A stretch of 62,877 nucleotides of DNA, taken from Patescibacteria group bacterium. GTDB taxonomy: Bacteria > Patescibacteriota > Microgenomatia > UBA10105 > UBA927. The notes beneath the pieces are model-generated. The model was given only the letters and a program-made list of their open reading frames with translations, searched no databases and had not been told where the DNA came from. The stretch is taken from NCBI GenBank assembly GCA_041753515.1, contig JBGSUE010000032.1, positions 1 through 62,877 on the forward strand. Direction: 5' to 3'. The first letter of the stretch is position 1, and each line of letters begins with the position of its first letter. This document shows positions 38,014-47,659 of this stretch, in pieces. Position numbers and translations under genes: made by a program.

Positions 38014-38952
38014 TCACCCTCCAATGCCGTAGATGACGACAAGGACACTGATGCCCCATAAAATGACAGTTCCCAGAAGCTGTTTGTCGCTTGTGAGGAT
38101 TTTTTCCGGTGATTCACCCTTCCCCTCGTAAATAAGCTGCATATACCGCATGATGCCGTAGAGGACAAACGGTATGGATATCATCATCCATTTGCGTGCG
38201 GCAACATCCGATGAAAAATGTTCATATCCGGAAAATAATATTCCCCTGTTGACCGGACGTTCCAAAAAAGTATAAAAGGAATAGGATATGAATGTGGAAT
38301 TGGCACACATTGCCGTGTACGTATCAAGCAGTTTTTCTGAGTAATGGGTGAGTGTTTCCCGGGTCACAATGTTAGAATTTTTGGAATACTGTTGCATGAG
38401 GGTAAGTTCAGCCCTTCTTTTACCGACAGCCAGAAAAAGCGCCAGCGAGAGCACAGTCAGTCCCAGCCAGATGGAAATGTGATAGCCTGTAGCCGCCTCT
38501 CCGGCATAGACCCTGATAAAATATCCGGCTGTTATGACAAGGATATCTACGACACTGATTTTTTTGAAAATGAGTGAGTATGTATATTGAAGAAGTAAAA
38601 ATAACAGTGAAAGAAGGAAGAATGTTGTTCCAATTGAGTATGCAATGATGAGTCCTCCTGCTGCGAATATGATGGATGTTGCCAAGGCTGATCGAACGGA
38701 TAATGCACCGCTTGCGACAGGTCTGAACTTTTTAAACGGATGAATACGGTCACTGGGAGCGTCCAGCACATCATTGATAATATAATTGGATGATGCCAAG
38801 AGACAAAATGCAATAAATCCGAAAAAACTGGAAAGAACCAGGTCAGACCTGTTTACCTGTCCGGTGAATACTACTGTCGCGAAAAGCGCTATGTTTTTCA
38901 GCCATTGTCTTGGTCTTGCGGTTTTGATAATTGCGTAAAGAGTTTGATCCAT
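38014..38952 (-). CDS. UbiA-family prenyl-phosphate phosphoribosyltransferase (decaprenyl-phosphate 5-phosphoribosyltransferase-like)
   Basis: ARPRQWLKNIALF N-terminus, NDVLDAPSDRIHPFKKFRPVASG motif (NDxxDxxxDRxHPxKxxRPxAxG), about 8 TM helices. Start at MDQTLY. Confidence 0.75.
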   Translation of the reverse strand: MDQTLYAIIKTARPRQWLKNIALFATVVFTGQVNRSDLVLSSFFGFIAFCLLASSNYIINDVLDAPSDRIHPFKKFRPVASGALSVRSALATSIIFAAGGLIIAYSIGTTFFLLSLLFLLLQYTYSLIFKKISVVDILVITAGYFIRVYAGEAATGYHISIWLGLTVLSLALFLAVGKRRAELTLMQQYSKNSNIVTRETLTHYSEKLLDTYTAMCANSTFISYSFYTFLERPVNRGILFSGYEHFSSDVAARKWMMISIPFVLYGIMRYMQLIYEGKGESPEKILTSDKQLLGTVILWGISVLVVIYGIGG

Positions 38953-39971
38953 ATGATGAATCCTCCAAGTGCGACTGCCACTAATAATAAAACAAACAGT
39001 TTCTGTTTGGAAGTTACGGATAAAGCTATTGTTCCGAGAACGGCTGTGACGACCCAATAGAAGATGGCAATTCTTCGTTTACCCCATCCAAGATCCAGGA
39101 GCCGGTGATGCAGATGTCCGCGGTCTGCCCAAACAGGTGATTTCCGACTTTGAATTCTTCTGGCGAGGGTAAATATGGCATCAATGGTCGGAATACCCAA
39201 AACAAGAAGTGCTGTCCCCACTTTTCCATATGAGAGAATCCCCAATACTGCAAGAAGAAGGCCTGCGAGCGTTTTTCCTCCATACCCGGGCATGATTTTT
39301 TGCGGATAAAAATTCCAGGGTAAAAAACCTATAAAAGCCCCCGAAGTAATTGCCGAGAGATACAGCACCTGAGATGTTTGTGTATCCCCCCAGTAGCGCA
39401 GAGCTAATATCCCTAAAATCACTGCGGCGATAGCAACAAATCCGGGCATCTGGCCTTCCACTCCGGCTGACCAGCCGATGATGTTGATGGTCCAGAGGAT
39501 CCACAGAAGAGCGAATATGCTTGACCATACGATAAATGTATGGATACCGAAGAAAGAGAATGTCACATGAAACGTGTCCAGGTGCAGTATTCCGCCTAAA
39601 GGATTTGTAATATATGGAATAGCTACACCACTGGCAACAATGATAAGCGCACTGATTGTATTCGTGATGATACGGATATACGGATTGACATCAGATTTGT
39701 CATCAAGCAGTCCTATCAGGACCAATAAGGATCCGGCAAGAATGATGCCCAGGGAAATTTTGGTATATCCGAGAAATAAGAGTATCGGAATGAATGTACC
39801 CCCGGCGATAGAGAGTCCTCCGGCGCGCGGAATTATTCCCTGGTGGGTTTTTGCAGGGTGAAACCTGTGCATGTCATCTACGAGATGAAAATATACGGCA
39901 AATTTGATGACAAGGGGAGTAGATGCATATGTAATAATAAGCGCGCAGAAAAACGCCGCAGCATACATCAT
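38898..39971 (-). CDS. Polyprenyl-phosphate HexNAc-1-phosphate transferase (GT4, WecA/MraY family)
   Basis: Polytopic membrane protein with GLLDDKSDVNP and IPRAGGLSI motifs. Overlaps the UbiA-like start by 55 nt. Confidence 0.8.
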   Translation of the reverse strand: MMYAAAFFCALIITYASTPLVIKFAVYFHLVDDMHRFHPAKTHQGIIPRAGGLSIAGGTFIPILLFLGYTKISLGIILAGSLLVLIGLLDDKSDVNPYIRIITNTISALIIVASGVAIPYITNPLGGILHLDTFHVTFSFFGIHTFIVWSSIFALLWILWTINIIGWSAGVEGQMPGFVAIAAVILGILALRYWGDTQTSQVLYLSAITSGAFIGFLPWNFYPQKIMPGYGGKTLAGLLLAVLGILSYGKVGTALLVLGIPTIDAIFTLARRIQSRKSPVWADRGHLHHRLLDLGWGKRRIAIFYWVVTAVLGTIALSVTSKQKLFVLLLVAVALGGFIIWIKLFTQLSKPQDQDNG

Positions 39972-39972
39972 A

Positions 39973-40368
39973 TCAGGTAACAAGAAACAGAATTTTAATA
40001 ACGGAAAATGACAGAAGGAGTGCAACTGATGTGGATGATAAAAAAAGCAGCTGGATGAAAATTCTGTACGGTTTCAGTAGTGTCAATGAAAGGATAATAT
40101 TCAGAAAATGAAGAAAACATGCTGAGAAGAGTATGCCATAGAGCCAGAATGGTTCAGCCAGCCGGGCCTCTCCCCACATCTTGGAATACCACAATGGGAC
40201 AAGAGGCGGAAGCGATGAATATTTTGCGGTGAGGATGATTCCGGTACCGATACATGCCGCGTACGTACTGCGGGCACACACTGCATACACCCAATTTTTT
40301 CTGAGGGTAGTATATGTGTGTTTCTGATTTCTTATCGCGGCAGCCGTTCGTGCGATGATATGTATCAT
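39973..40368 (-). CDS. Hypothetical membrane protein
   Basis: 131 aa, 3-4 hydrophobic helices. Embedded in the glycosylation operon. Confidence 0.45.
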   Translation of the reverse strand: MIHIIARTAAAIRNQKHTYTTLRKNWVYAVCARSTYAACIGTGIILTAKYSSLPPLVPLWYSKMWGEARLAEPFWLYGILFSACFLHFLNIILSLTLLKPYRIFIQLLFLSSTSVALLLSFSVIKILFLVT

Positions 40369-40375
40369 AACTATT

Positions 40376-41683
40376 TTAGTTATCAGTCAGATTGTATTGT
40401 ATAGAAATATCCCCCTGTGGAGATACGATGATTGCTCGTTTGGGATAGAGGGGGAGAGAGTATGCCATGCGGTCCGGAGAAAAAATCGCATCACCCACAT
40501 ACCAGGGAAATGCATACCCGGTTGTGTTATATAAGCGGACATTTTCTGGACGGGAGCTGTAGTAGAGGGTTTCGAGATAATTGAGGGAACTGGTGGTGTA
40601 TATGAGATCTGTGGGGGCGGCAAGTGTATTGACTTCCTGCATAGTTGTACGATAGGGAAGTTTTGCGTGTTTTGACGGATACCAGGTGAGGAAAAAGACA
40701 TGAAGAGCAAGTACTGCTGAAACGGCGATGAGTTTTATATTTTTTACCCTGATTGTTTCAAGCGCGAACACAGTCAGAAATACTTCGGATATGGTAACCG
40801 GAATGAAATATCTGTTTACAAACAGCGGTTTCATAAAGGAAACCGAAATGATAAACGTCAGCGGAAGAAAGACAGTCATGAGAAGCAGTATGGTAAAGTG
40901 TCTTTTGCTTTTATTTTTCAATGCCGTCATAAAGAGTATCAGGAGGATAAAGGATAGATATCTGGTGTATTTCCAAAGATACCATGGGGTTCCTTCATAT
41001 CCGATGTACATATTTCCCAGTACCGATTTAATAAGCTGAATATCTACAGGAAAATACCATGACGAAGTCAGCTTCGTTGAGAGCGTAAGGATTTTCCAAA
41101 TCCATGGGGTCATAATGAGCGCGGCAAAAAATGCAGATCGAATGCAAGGATCCGTGAGAATGCGTTTGGGTTTTTTTACGACGAAAAAAATGTGATACAG
41201 CATGATCGTGCCGAAGTGGATGAGAAAATACGCATGCGTGTAAAATCCTCCAATGGCAGCAACTGCAAACATTTTCCAATTTCTTCTCCAGTACGCATAG
41301 AGGGATAAAACAGTAAAGAATATATACCATCCGTACGTCCGTACCTCGAATGCATAGTAGACAATCATCGGATTTGTGACAAAAAGAACAGGTAAAACGA
41401 ACTGTATTTTTGACCTGGGGAACAGTTTTTCTGCCCAGATGATAACTATGATGGCAGCCAGAACAACACCTGTGAGAGACAGACTTCGGGTAGCTATTTC
41501 CGAATCTCCAAAAATTTTCATCCAGAAGTGGAGAAGGATGTAATACAATGGCGGTTCAAATGACAATTTGGACCAGATGTCTGCCAGGGGCATTTTAGAC
41601 ACCAATACTGAAAACGCCTCATCCCGCCAGAAACTTTGGGTGAAATAAAGAAGCGGTGAGTGCTGAATAATATAATGCAACAT
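40376..41683 (-). CDS. GT-C fold glycosyltransferase (ArnT/PMT_2, GT39/83-like)
   Basis: 435 aa, more than 10 TM helices, first-loop acidic motif FWRDEAF. Typical ArnT-like profile. Confidence 0.6.
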   Translation of the reverse strand: MLHYIIQHSPLLYFTQSFWRDEAFSVLVSKMPLADIWSKLSFEPPLYYILLHFWMKIFGDSEIATRSLSLTGVVLAAIIVIIWAEKLFPRSKIQFVLPVLFVTNPMIVYYAFEVRTYGWYIFFTVLSLYAYWRRNWKMFAVAAIGGFYTHAYFLIHFGTIMLYHIFFVVKKPKRILTDPCIRSAFFAALIMTPWIWKILTLSTKLTSSWYFPVDIQLIKSVLGNMYIGYEGTPWYLWKYTRYLSFILLILFMTALKNKSKRHFTILLLMTVFLPLTFIISVSFMKPLFVNRYFIPVTISEVFLTVFALETIRVKNIKLIAVSAVLALHVFFLTWYPSKHAKLPYRTTMQEVNTLAAPTDLIYTTSSLNYLETLYYSSRPENVRLYNTTGYAFPWYVGDAIFSPDRMAYSLPLYPKRAIIVSPQGDISIQYNLTDN

Positions 41684-41692
41684 AATGATTTT

Positions 41693-41766
41693 GTCATTCT
41701 GAACGAAGTGAAGAATCTAGTAATTCACGAGATCCTTCATCCGCCAGCTGGCGGATTCAGGATGAC
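41693..41766. repeat. Palindromic intergenic repeat, family 2, copy E
   Basis: GTCATTCTGAACGAAGTGAAGAATC ... GATCCTTCATCCGCCAGCTGGCGGATTCAGGATGAC. Same GTCAT...ATGAC termini as family 1. Confidence 0.75.
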
Positions 41767-41795
41767 AATATTTTTTCTTTGCGTTTCTCCATGTA

Positions 41796-43277
41796 TTATA
41801 CCTTTTCCGTCACCCGGTATTCCAATTTTTTTCCGAACATGAGACGTGTGTGCGCATCAAGGCCGGGGATTGCCGATAGGAAAAAAGAGACGATGGGTAC
41901 GGTAATCCATTGAAGATAGAGAAACGGCAGTTTCCATGCCGCAAAGTCCTTCGGTCTTGGCGGTTTCGTACGAAGATCGATAATGATGACGACAACGATA
42001 AATATCGTCGATAGAGTGAGAATTCCGCTTGACAGCTGGGCTAAATTGTGACCGAGAATGGTACGTCCGAATGCCGGATTGATAAGGGGCGGTAACGTTG
42101 AACCAATTGTGAGAATAAACCAGTTTGATGGCCATAAGATATGGTGTTCAAGAAGACGGGAAAGACGAGTAATGCGGTCTCGCAGCGGAATTTCAGGATG
42201 CAAAAATACACCACGGATAACGAAAGGAATATCCGAGACGCCCCACGCCCATCGTTTGGATTGTTCGTATTGATTTTTCATTGTTTTGAAAAACCCGGTA
42301 CTTTCCGCAGCATCGACGAGTACCGGGAGAAATAAACCGATTGTTTTCACTTTTTCCCCTTTGTTGAAATACACTTTGAAGAACAGGTGGTAATCTTCCG
42401 GAATGACATCTACTCCCCAGTATCCTGCTTCATGAGCAGTTTTGAGTGACAGTGAATAGGTGGAAAAAATAACGAACCTGTGCGGTTGGGATAATAGTGC
42501 CAGATTACCGATTGAGTTGAGCGTATTGTAGACGCGCGAGGGGAGAGGGATGCGCCAGATATTTGAATAAAAGAGAATAGCTCCTTCATAAAAATGAAAT
42601 TCCCGGTCCGGATCATTCAGAAACGTATAGGAGAGGGAGGCAGTATATTTTGGATGAAGGAGCGCGTCTGCGTCGCATGAGGTAACGGTAACATTTTCAA
42701 GAGGAATTTTCCGTTTCTGCAAATACTCCACAACATGTTTTCCGGCGGAGGCCATGTTTGAAGATTTTCCAGTTATTTCTCCCGGTGCAAGCGCATGCTT
42801 TGTGACAATGAAATCACCGAATACCCCCCGGAAATTTTCTGTCATGTGGCGCGCGGTGGCATCTGCCTGAGGATCTTTTGCCTCTGTTGCCAAAACAATA
42901 ATGAGACGGGAAAGGTCATATTGCTGTTTGGCAATATTTGAAATTGTTCTTTCAAGTATATGAAGCGGTTCCTTGTACTCCGGAATGATAATGACATGAT
43001 ACAGACTCTGGAATCCGGGCAGTTTTTTTGCCAAGGGTAGCCAATCCGTTTTGGTATGTGCCGTCATAGTGATAAATGATCGAACAGCATAATATGCGAG
43101 GGTGAATGATTTGTAAAACCAGTACACATCAAACGTGATGATGAAATAGGCAACGATTGCCGGATGCCAGAAGGATAGCCACAGCGGCATGGTAATGAGA
43201 AACCACGACGAAAGAGGTATAAGAATTTCAAGCACGCGCCTGGCGCGGTTGGGATAGCGCAGGAAGAGAGATTTCAT
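41796..43277 (-). CDS. Membrane-embedded processive GT2 glycosyltransferase (cellulose/chitin-synthase-like)
   Basis: N- and C-terminal TM helices flank a GT2 core with TSCDADAL (DxD) and QSKRWAWG (QxxRW) motifs. Confidence 0.7.
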   Translation of the reverse strand: MKSLFLRYPNRARRVLEILIPLSSWFLITMPLWLSFWHPAIVAYFIITFDVYWFYKSFTLAYYAVRSFITMTAHTKTDWLPLAKKLPGFQSLYHVIIIPEYKEPLHILERTISNIAKQQYDLSRLIIVLATEAKDPQADATARHMTENFRGVFGDFIVTKHALAPGEITGKSSNMASAGKHVVEYLQKRKIPLENVTVTSCDADALLHPKYTASLSYTFLNDPDREFHFYEGAILFYSNIWRIPLPSRVYNTLNSIGNLALLSQPHRFVIFSTYSLSLKTAHEAGYWGVDVIPEDYHLFFKVYFNKGEKVKTIGLFLPVLVDAAESTGFFKTMKNQYEQSKRWAWGVSDIPFVIRGVFLHPEIPLRDRITRLSRLLEHHILWPSNWFILTIGSTLPPLINPAFGRTILGHNLAQLSSGILTLSTIFIVVVIIIDLRTKPPRPKDFAAWKLPFLYLQWITVPIVSFFLSAIPGLDAHTRLMFGKKLEYRVTEKV

Positions 43278-43320
43278 AAGTGTCTGGTCTCGTGATTATA
43301 GCATTCTAGCCGTCCGAATG

Positions 43321-44043
43321 TCATCGTATTGCCGGAAAGCCAACTTTATTAGCATTGCGGAAAAAGAAATAGAAGAAAAATACTTTGAATATTCTCCAGA
43401 GAATTCCCTTTTCATATCCGCGGCGGCCTGATGCTATAACATATTCAGACTGGGTAAATTTTATCCGTCCGATACTCTGAAGACGCCTGGCAATCTCCAT
43501 ATCTTCGGCAATTTTAAAGTCTTTCGGAATACCGCCTGCACGCAATGCTTCGTCTCTCCAGAACCCCATATTTTGGCCGGTGGCAAACGGGAAACGGAAG
43601 ATCGTATATGCAACTGTATTAAAAAATGGCTGGATAAAATTGATATACAGCCGGTACCAGAGAGGACCGTCTGTAATGCGGAATCCGCCGAAATATCCGA
43701 TATATTTTTTATTATTCAAATATGAATATATCCGTTCTATCCACTGTGGCGGAAGTACAGCATCGGCATCGGTTTGGATGACGATATCGCTTTGTGCAGA
43801 AATAATACCCATCTGACGGGAAAATCCGATAGTATTTTTCGGATACGTCAGGACTTTTGCTCCGAGTTTCCTCGCGGCACGGGCAGTATCATCTGTTGAT
43901 GATGCATTTATGACGAGAATTTCATCTGCTTTATGCGTTTGGTTTTTGATGGACTCGAGTGTTTTTGGTAAATATTTTTCTTCATTATATGCAGGAATAA
44001 CGATGGATACCGAAGACATACATTCAGCATACTGCTCTGTCAC
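43321..44043 (-). CDS. GT2 family glycosyltransferase (soluble/monotopic)
   Basis: SIVIPAYNEEKYL and QTDADAVLP motifs. GTGA overlap with the tatD stop; ATG 44019 is an alternative start. Confidence 0.8.
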   Translation of the reverse strand: MTEQYAECMSSVSIVIPAYNEEKYLPKTLESIKNQTHKADEILVINASSTDDTARAARKLGAKVLTYPKNTIGFSRQMGIISAQSDIVIQTDADAVLPPQWIERIYSYLNNKKYIGYFGGFRITDGPLWYRLYINFIQPFFNTVAYTIFRFPFATGQNMGFWRDEALRAGGIPKDFKIAEDMEIARRLQSIGRIKFTQSEYVIASGRRGYEKGILWRIFKVFFFYFFFRNANKVGFPAIR

Positions 44044-44801
44044 TTGAAATGGAAGAGGGAAGCAGCATTGTCTGTAGTCGTTTTGACTATGTCGTTGGTA
44101 TTGAGTTTTAAGATTTTAGCTATCTCGGAGACAATATGACGGAGATGTTTTGGTTCGTTTCGTTCACCTCTGTGCGGGGCGGGAGTTAAGTTTGGAGAAT
44201 CTGTTTCAATAAGGAGTAATGATGTTGGAATTTTCGTGATCATAGTTTGCAGATGTTTGGAATACGTAACGTTTCCGTCTATTCCCATGTACAGATTTCT
44301 TTTCGCTGCGCTGCGGATATCCTGAAGTCCTCCGGAAAAGCAGTGGATGACTCCTCGCGGGAGTTTTGGCAGGGAATCAATTACATCGAAAAGATCGTCA
44401 AATGCTTCCCTGCAGTGTATGATGACCGGTAAATTATGTTTCAAGGCGAGTCGAAGATGAGCATCAAATAATAATTTTTGGGCAGATTTTTTTCCTTCTG
44501 CCCTTTCTCCTTTATAGATATGATAGTCCAAACCTATTTCTCCAATTGCGATAGCACTACCGGTCATTTTCATAATCGGGCGGATATCCTGAATATGTTG
44601 TGCTTCGTACGGGTGAAAACCAACAGAGGCATACAGGTAACCGGGATATTTTTCAGAAAGTTCGAGAGCCTTTTTTGAAGAATAGAAATCTACACCCGGG
44701 ACAATGATTTTTTCAACACCTGCTTTTTTTGCCCGCGTGATGACAGCCGGAAGGTCTGTTTCAAATACAGCCATATTTAAATGGCAATGTGTGTCAATCA
44801 T
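44040..44801 (-). CDS. tatD: TatD family metal-dependent hydrolase
   Basis: MIDTHCHLN N-terminus plus the IGEIGLDY, VIIHCR and ETDSP motifs. Confidence 0.85.
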   Translation of the reverse strand: MIDTHCHLNMAVFETDLPAVITRAKKAGVEKIIVPGVDFYSSKKALELSEKYPGYLYASVGFHPYEAQHIQDIRPIMKMTGSAIAIGEIGLDYHIYKGERAEGKKSAQKLLFDAHLRLALKHNLPVIIHCREAFDDLFDVIDSLPKLPRGVIHCFSGGLQDIRSAAKRNLYMGIDGNVTYSKHLQTMITKIPTSLLLIETDSPNLTPAPHRGERNEPKHLRHIVSEIAKILKLNTNDIVKTTTDNAASLFHFK

Positions 44802-44841
44802 GATAAATCATGTATACCTTATATTTAAATTGAGTGCAATT

Positions 44842-44941
44842 GTCATCGCGAGGAGCATTCTGATGCGACGTGGCGATCCCGAACGGGATTCCTGCCTGCC
44901 GGCAGGCAGGGCTTCGCCGTAGGAACGGACTCGCAATGACA
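44842..44941. repeat. Palindromic intergenic repeat, family 1, copy D
   Basis: GTCATCGCGAGGAGCATTCTGATGCGACGTGGCGATCCC ... GGGATTCCTGCCTGCCGGCAGGCAGGGCTTCGCCGTAGGAACGGACTCGCAATGAC. It contains an internal 20-nt perfect palindrome (44891-44910). Confidence 0.8.
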
Positions 44942-44963
44942 TTAAATATTTGCATGAAAGTAA

Positions 44964-46373
44964 TTATATTCTTGGAAACAGCGGCGGGGAAATTTTAATT
45001 TCAGGTCCGTGAAACTGGTCAAGAATAGTGTGGGCAGTTTCGGGAATAAACGGAAGAAGAGAATGCGCGATATTGTTAATGTCGCTGACGAGTTTTTCCA
45101 ATGCATTCTGTTTTTCTTTTTTTTCCAGAGTCCAGACTTTTTTTGTATTGATAAATACATCGCACGATTTAACGGTTTCAAAAATAGAAGCAATAGCTTT
45201 ATCAAATTCACATGTTTTCTCAAAATTGGAAAAAAGGAGAGTATGAGAATTTTGTGGAGTGAACGTGAATCCTAAAGCCATTTTGGCCGTGCGGGCTACC
45301 AGATTTCCCAGCCCGTTTGCCAGATCGGCGTTATATGTTTTTTTAAATTCATCTTCGGAATAATTTCCATCATGAAACGGTGAAAATTTGGCAAGGAGAT
45401 AATAACGTACGGGATCCACACCATATTTTTCGATCAGTCCTATCGGATCTATGACATTACCCAGAGTTTTACTCATTTTTTGTCCGTTTACCGTGAAGTA
45501 TTCATGGATAAAAATCGTTTTCGGGATCTTGAGCTCTGAGGATAGGAGAAATGCAGGCCAGTAGACTGCGTGAAACCGCGAAATACCCTTGCCGATGACA
45601 TGCATGTCAGCCGGCCACCACCGGTCATATTCCTTTTCATCCCATCCGAAACCGATACCGGATTGGTAAATGTTGAGCGCATCAAACCAGACATACATCC
45701 GCTGTGTGTCATCTCCGGGTACGGGGACTCCCCAGTTTTTTGCCCGTTCGTTTGACCGGGAAATGCTGATGTCCTGTAGGGGTTGTGTGAGAAATGACAG
45801 TATTTCATTTTTCCGGTTCGACGGGATAATTTTCAGCGTATCCGATGATATGAGATCTATGAGTTTTTGCTGATAGGATGAGAGACGGAAAAAATAGTTT
45901 TCCTCAGATACGGTTTCCAGAATTTTGCTGGGATGTTCAGGACATTCACCATTTTCGTTTAGTTCATCTTTGGTATAAAACGCTTCGCACCCCACACAGT
46001 AAAGGCCTGTGTATGATTTTTTGTAGATATCGTGTGCACACATCTGCCATAATTTTTGGCTGGCAGGATAGTGTTTTTCACGGTCAGACCCCTTCTGGAA
46101 CCGGTCAAACCGGATATTCAGTTTATTTGCCAGATTTTGAAATAATGCGGTGTTCGTGTCGATGAATTTCCGGACGGGTACTCCTGCTTTTTCTGCAGCC
46201 TGGACGTTTTTGAGGGCATTTTCGTCGCCTCCTGACAGTAAGCAGACGTCATACCCCATCTGTTGGTGATATCTGGCGAGTGCATCCGCCTGGACAAATT
46301 CAAGCGCGTGGCCTATGTGCGGGGGGGCATTGACGTACGGAATGGCTGTCGTAATATAAAATTTCTTTTTCAT
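44964..46373 (-). CDS. metG: Methionyl-tRNA synthetase (short form, no C-terminal tRNA-binding domain)
   Basis: HIGH motif (PPHIGHA), KMSKT (KMSKS motif), single Cys knuckle CVGCEAF...CPEH. Confidence 0.9.
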   Translation of the reverse strand: MKKKFYITTAIPYVNAPPHIGHALEFVQADALARYHQQMGYDVCLLSGGDENALKNVQAAEKAGVPVRKFIDTNTALFQNLANKLNIRFDRFQKGSDREKHYPASQKLWQMCAHDIYKKSYTGLYCVGCEAFYTKDELNENGECPEHPSKILETVSEENYFFRLSSYQQKLIDLISSDTLKIIPSNRKNEILSFLTQPLQDISISRSNERAKNWGVPVPGDDTQRMYVWFDALNIYQSGIGFGWDEKEYDRWWPADMHVIGKGISRFHAVYWPAFLLSSELKIPKTIFIHEYFTVNGQKMSKTLGNVIDPIGLIEKYGVDPVRYYLLAKFSPFHDGNYSEDEFKKTYNADLANGLGNLVARTAKMALGFTFTPQNSHTLLFSNFEKTCEFDKAIASIFETVKSCDVFINTKKVWTLEKKEKQNALEKLVSDINNIAHSLLPFIPETAHTILDQFHGPEIKISPPLFPRI

Positions 46374-46382
46374 GTTCTCATA

Positions 46383-46700
46383 TTATAGCTTTGCGGTGTA
46401 CCAGTCGGCAATCAGAGCGATCGCGGCAATAGCCAGAGGGTAATAGAACTCCCGAAGCTCGACAAACCGCAGGATGAGGACGGCAACGACCCCAAATCCC
46501 ATAATCAATGCGCGGCGCGTGCTGACAAATATCAGTTTTCCGATGATCACAGAGGCAGCAAAGATAAGAAGGAGAAACAGAAGAATGTTGGATACGGTAT
46601 CCGGTGCAACAGCATTTCCAAACCATCCAAGGATGCTTAAGACCATCGTGAGTTGAATGATAAGTGATGCAGTCTGTTCGCGGGTCCGTTTGCGGTGCAT
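46383..46700 (-). CDS. Hypothetical small membrane protein (start uncertain)
   Basis: The hydrophobic C-terminal 100 aa contains 3 helices. The long ORF overlaps the rmuC start, so it was trimmed to Met at 46700 (alternative 46646). Confidence 0.4.
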   Translation of the reverse strand: MHRKRTREQTASLIIQLTMVLSILGWFGNAVAPDTVSNILLFLLLIFAASVIIGKLIFVSTRRALIMGFGVVAVLILRFVELREFYYPLAIAAIALIADWYTAKL

Positions 46701-46721
46701 ATGGTGTAAAATGACTACAGC

Positions 46722-47654
46722 ATGAATGGATACATGATCGTAATTATCGTCCTGGTCGTTGCCGGTACAGGATTTCTTCTCTTCATTGTAAAAGAATGGT
46801 TGAGGTCCATGCAATCGACGATCGATTCCACACAGAAAAATATGAACCTGACACTTCAGGGGACCACAAAACAACTGAACGACCGGCTGGATACGGCGGC
46901 TGTGTTGATCGGGGATCTCAAGAAAAATCTCGGCGAGATGAGCGAAGTGGGGCGGGGCATAAAATCGCTTCAGGAATTTTTACAGTCCCCAAAACTGCGG
47001 GGCAATATCGGAGAGCAGGTGCTCTCTGACATGATCGGGCAGACATTCCCAAAAAATTCATTTCACCTCCAGTATGCGTTTAAATCCGGCACCAAAGTTG
47101 ATGCGGTCTTGAAAACCGATGCAGGGCTTCTCTGTATCGACTCCAAATTCCCGATGGAGAATTTTACGAAGATGCACAAAGGGGAAACGGATGCCATCCG
47201 GCATCAGTCGCGCAGGGATTTCGTCTTCGACGTGAGAAAGCATATCGCCGATATTTCCAGAAAATATATATTGCCCGAGGAAGGGACGATGGATTTTGCC
47301 CTTATGTATATCCCGTCCGAATCCGTGTATTACGAGATAGTGAACAATGAGGATCTTATGGACGCAGCGCGCAAAGTTCGCGTATATCCGGTATCTCCAA
47401 ATACGCTGTATGCCCATCTGCAGGTGCTTCTTTTAAGTTTTCAGGGGAAAGAGATGGAGAATAAGTCCAAAGAAGTCTTCCGGCTTCTTCGTGCAATTCA
47501 GAAGGATTACGGAAAGATTGAAGAGAATTTAACCGTGTTAGGAAAACATATCAATAATGCCTACAACTCCATGTCCACTGTTTCCGGATCATTTACGCTT
47601 TTAGGACAGAAACTTAATAGTTCTGATCGATTATTGGATAAAGAGGCTCAATGA
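46722..47654 (+). CDS. rmuC: DNA recombination protein RmuC
   Basis: N-terminal TM helix, coiled coil, and a RmuC nuclease-like core (DAVLKTDAGLLCIDSKFP...ALMYIPSESVYYE). Confidence 0.85.
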   Translation: MNGYMIVIIVLVVAGTGFLLFIVKEWLRSMQSTIDSTQKNMNLTLQGTTKQLNDRLDTAAVLIGDLKKNLGEMSEVGRGIKSLQEFLQSPKLRGNIGEQVLSDMIGQTFPKNSFHLQYAFKSGTKVDAVLKTDAGLLCIDSKFPMENFTKMHKGETDAIRHQSRRDFVFDVRKHIADISRKYILPEEGTMDFALMYIPSESVYYEIVNNEDLMDAARKVRVYPVSPNTLYAHLQVLLLSFQGKEMENKSKEVFRLLRAIQKDYGKIEENLTVLGKHINNAYNSMSTVSGSFTLLGQKLNSSDRLLDKEAQ

Positions 47655-47659
47655 TTGTC

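Noticed and set aside
37220-38059. 279-aa antisense ORF opposite the PEGA/SH3 gene. Similar long antisense ORFs occur at 34463..34870, 10534..11043 and 60209..60775.
   Set aside because: Each lies opposite a gene with clear domain signatures. Their sequences are S/V/G-rich or mirror the sense-strand repeats. They are frame artefacts.
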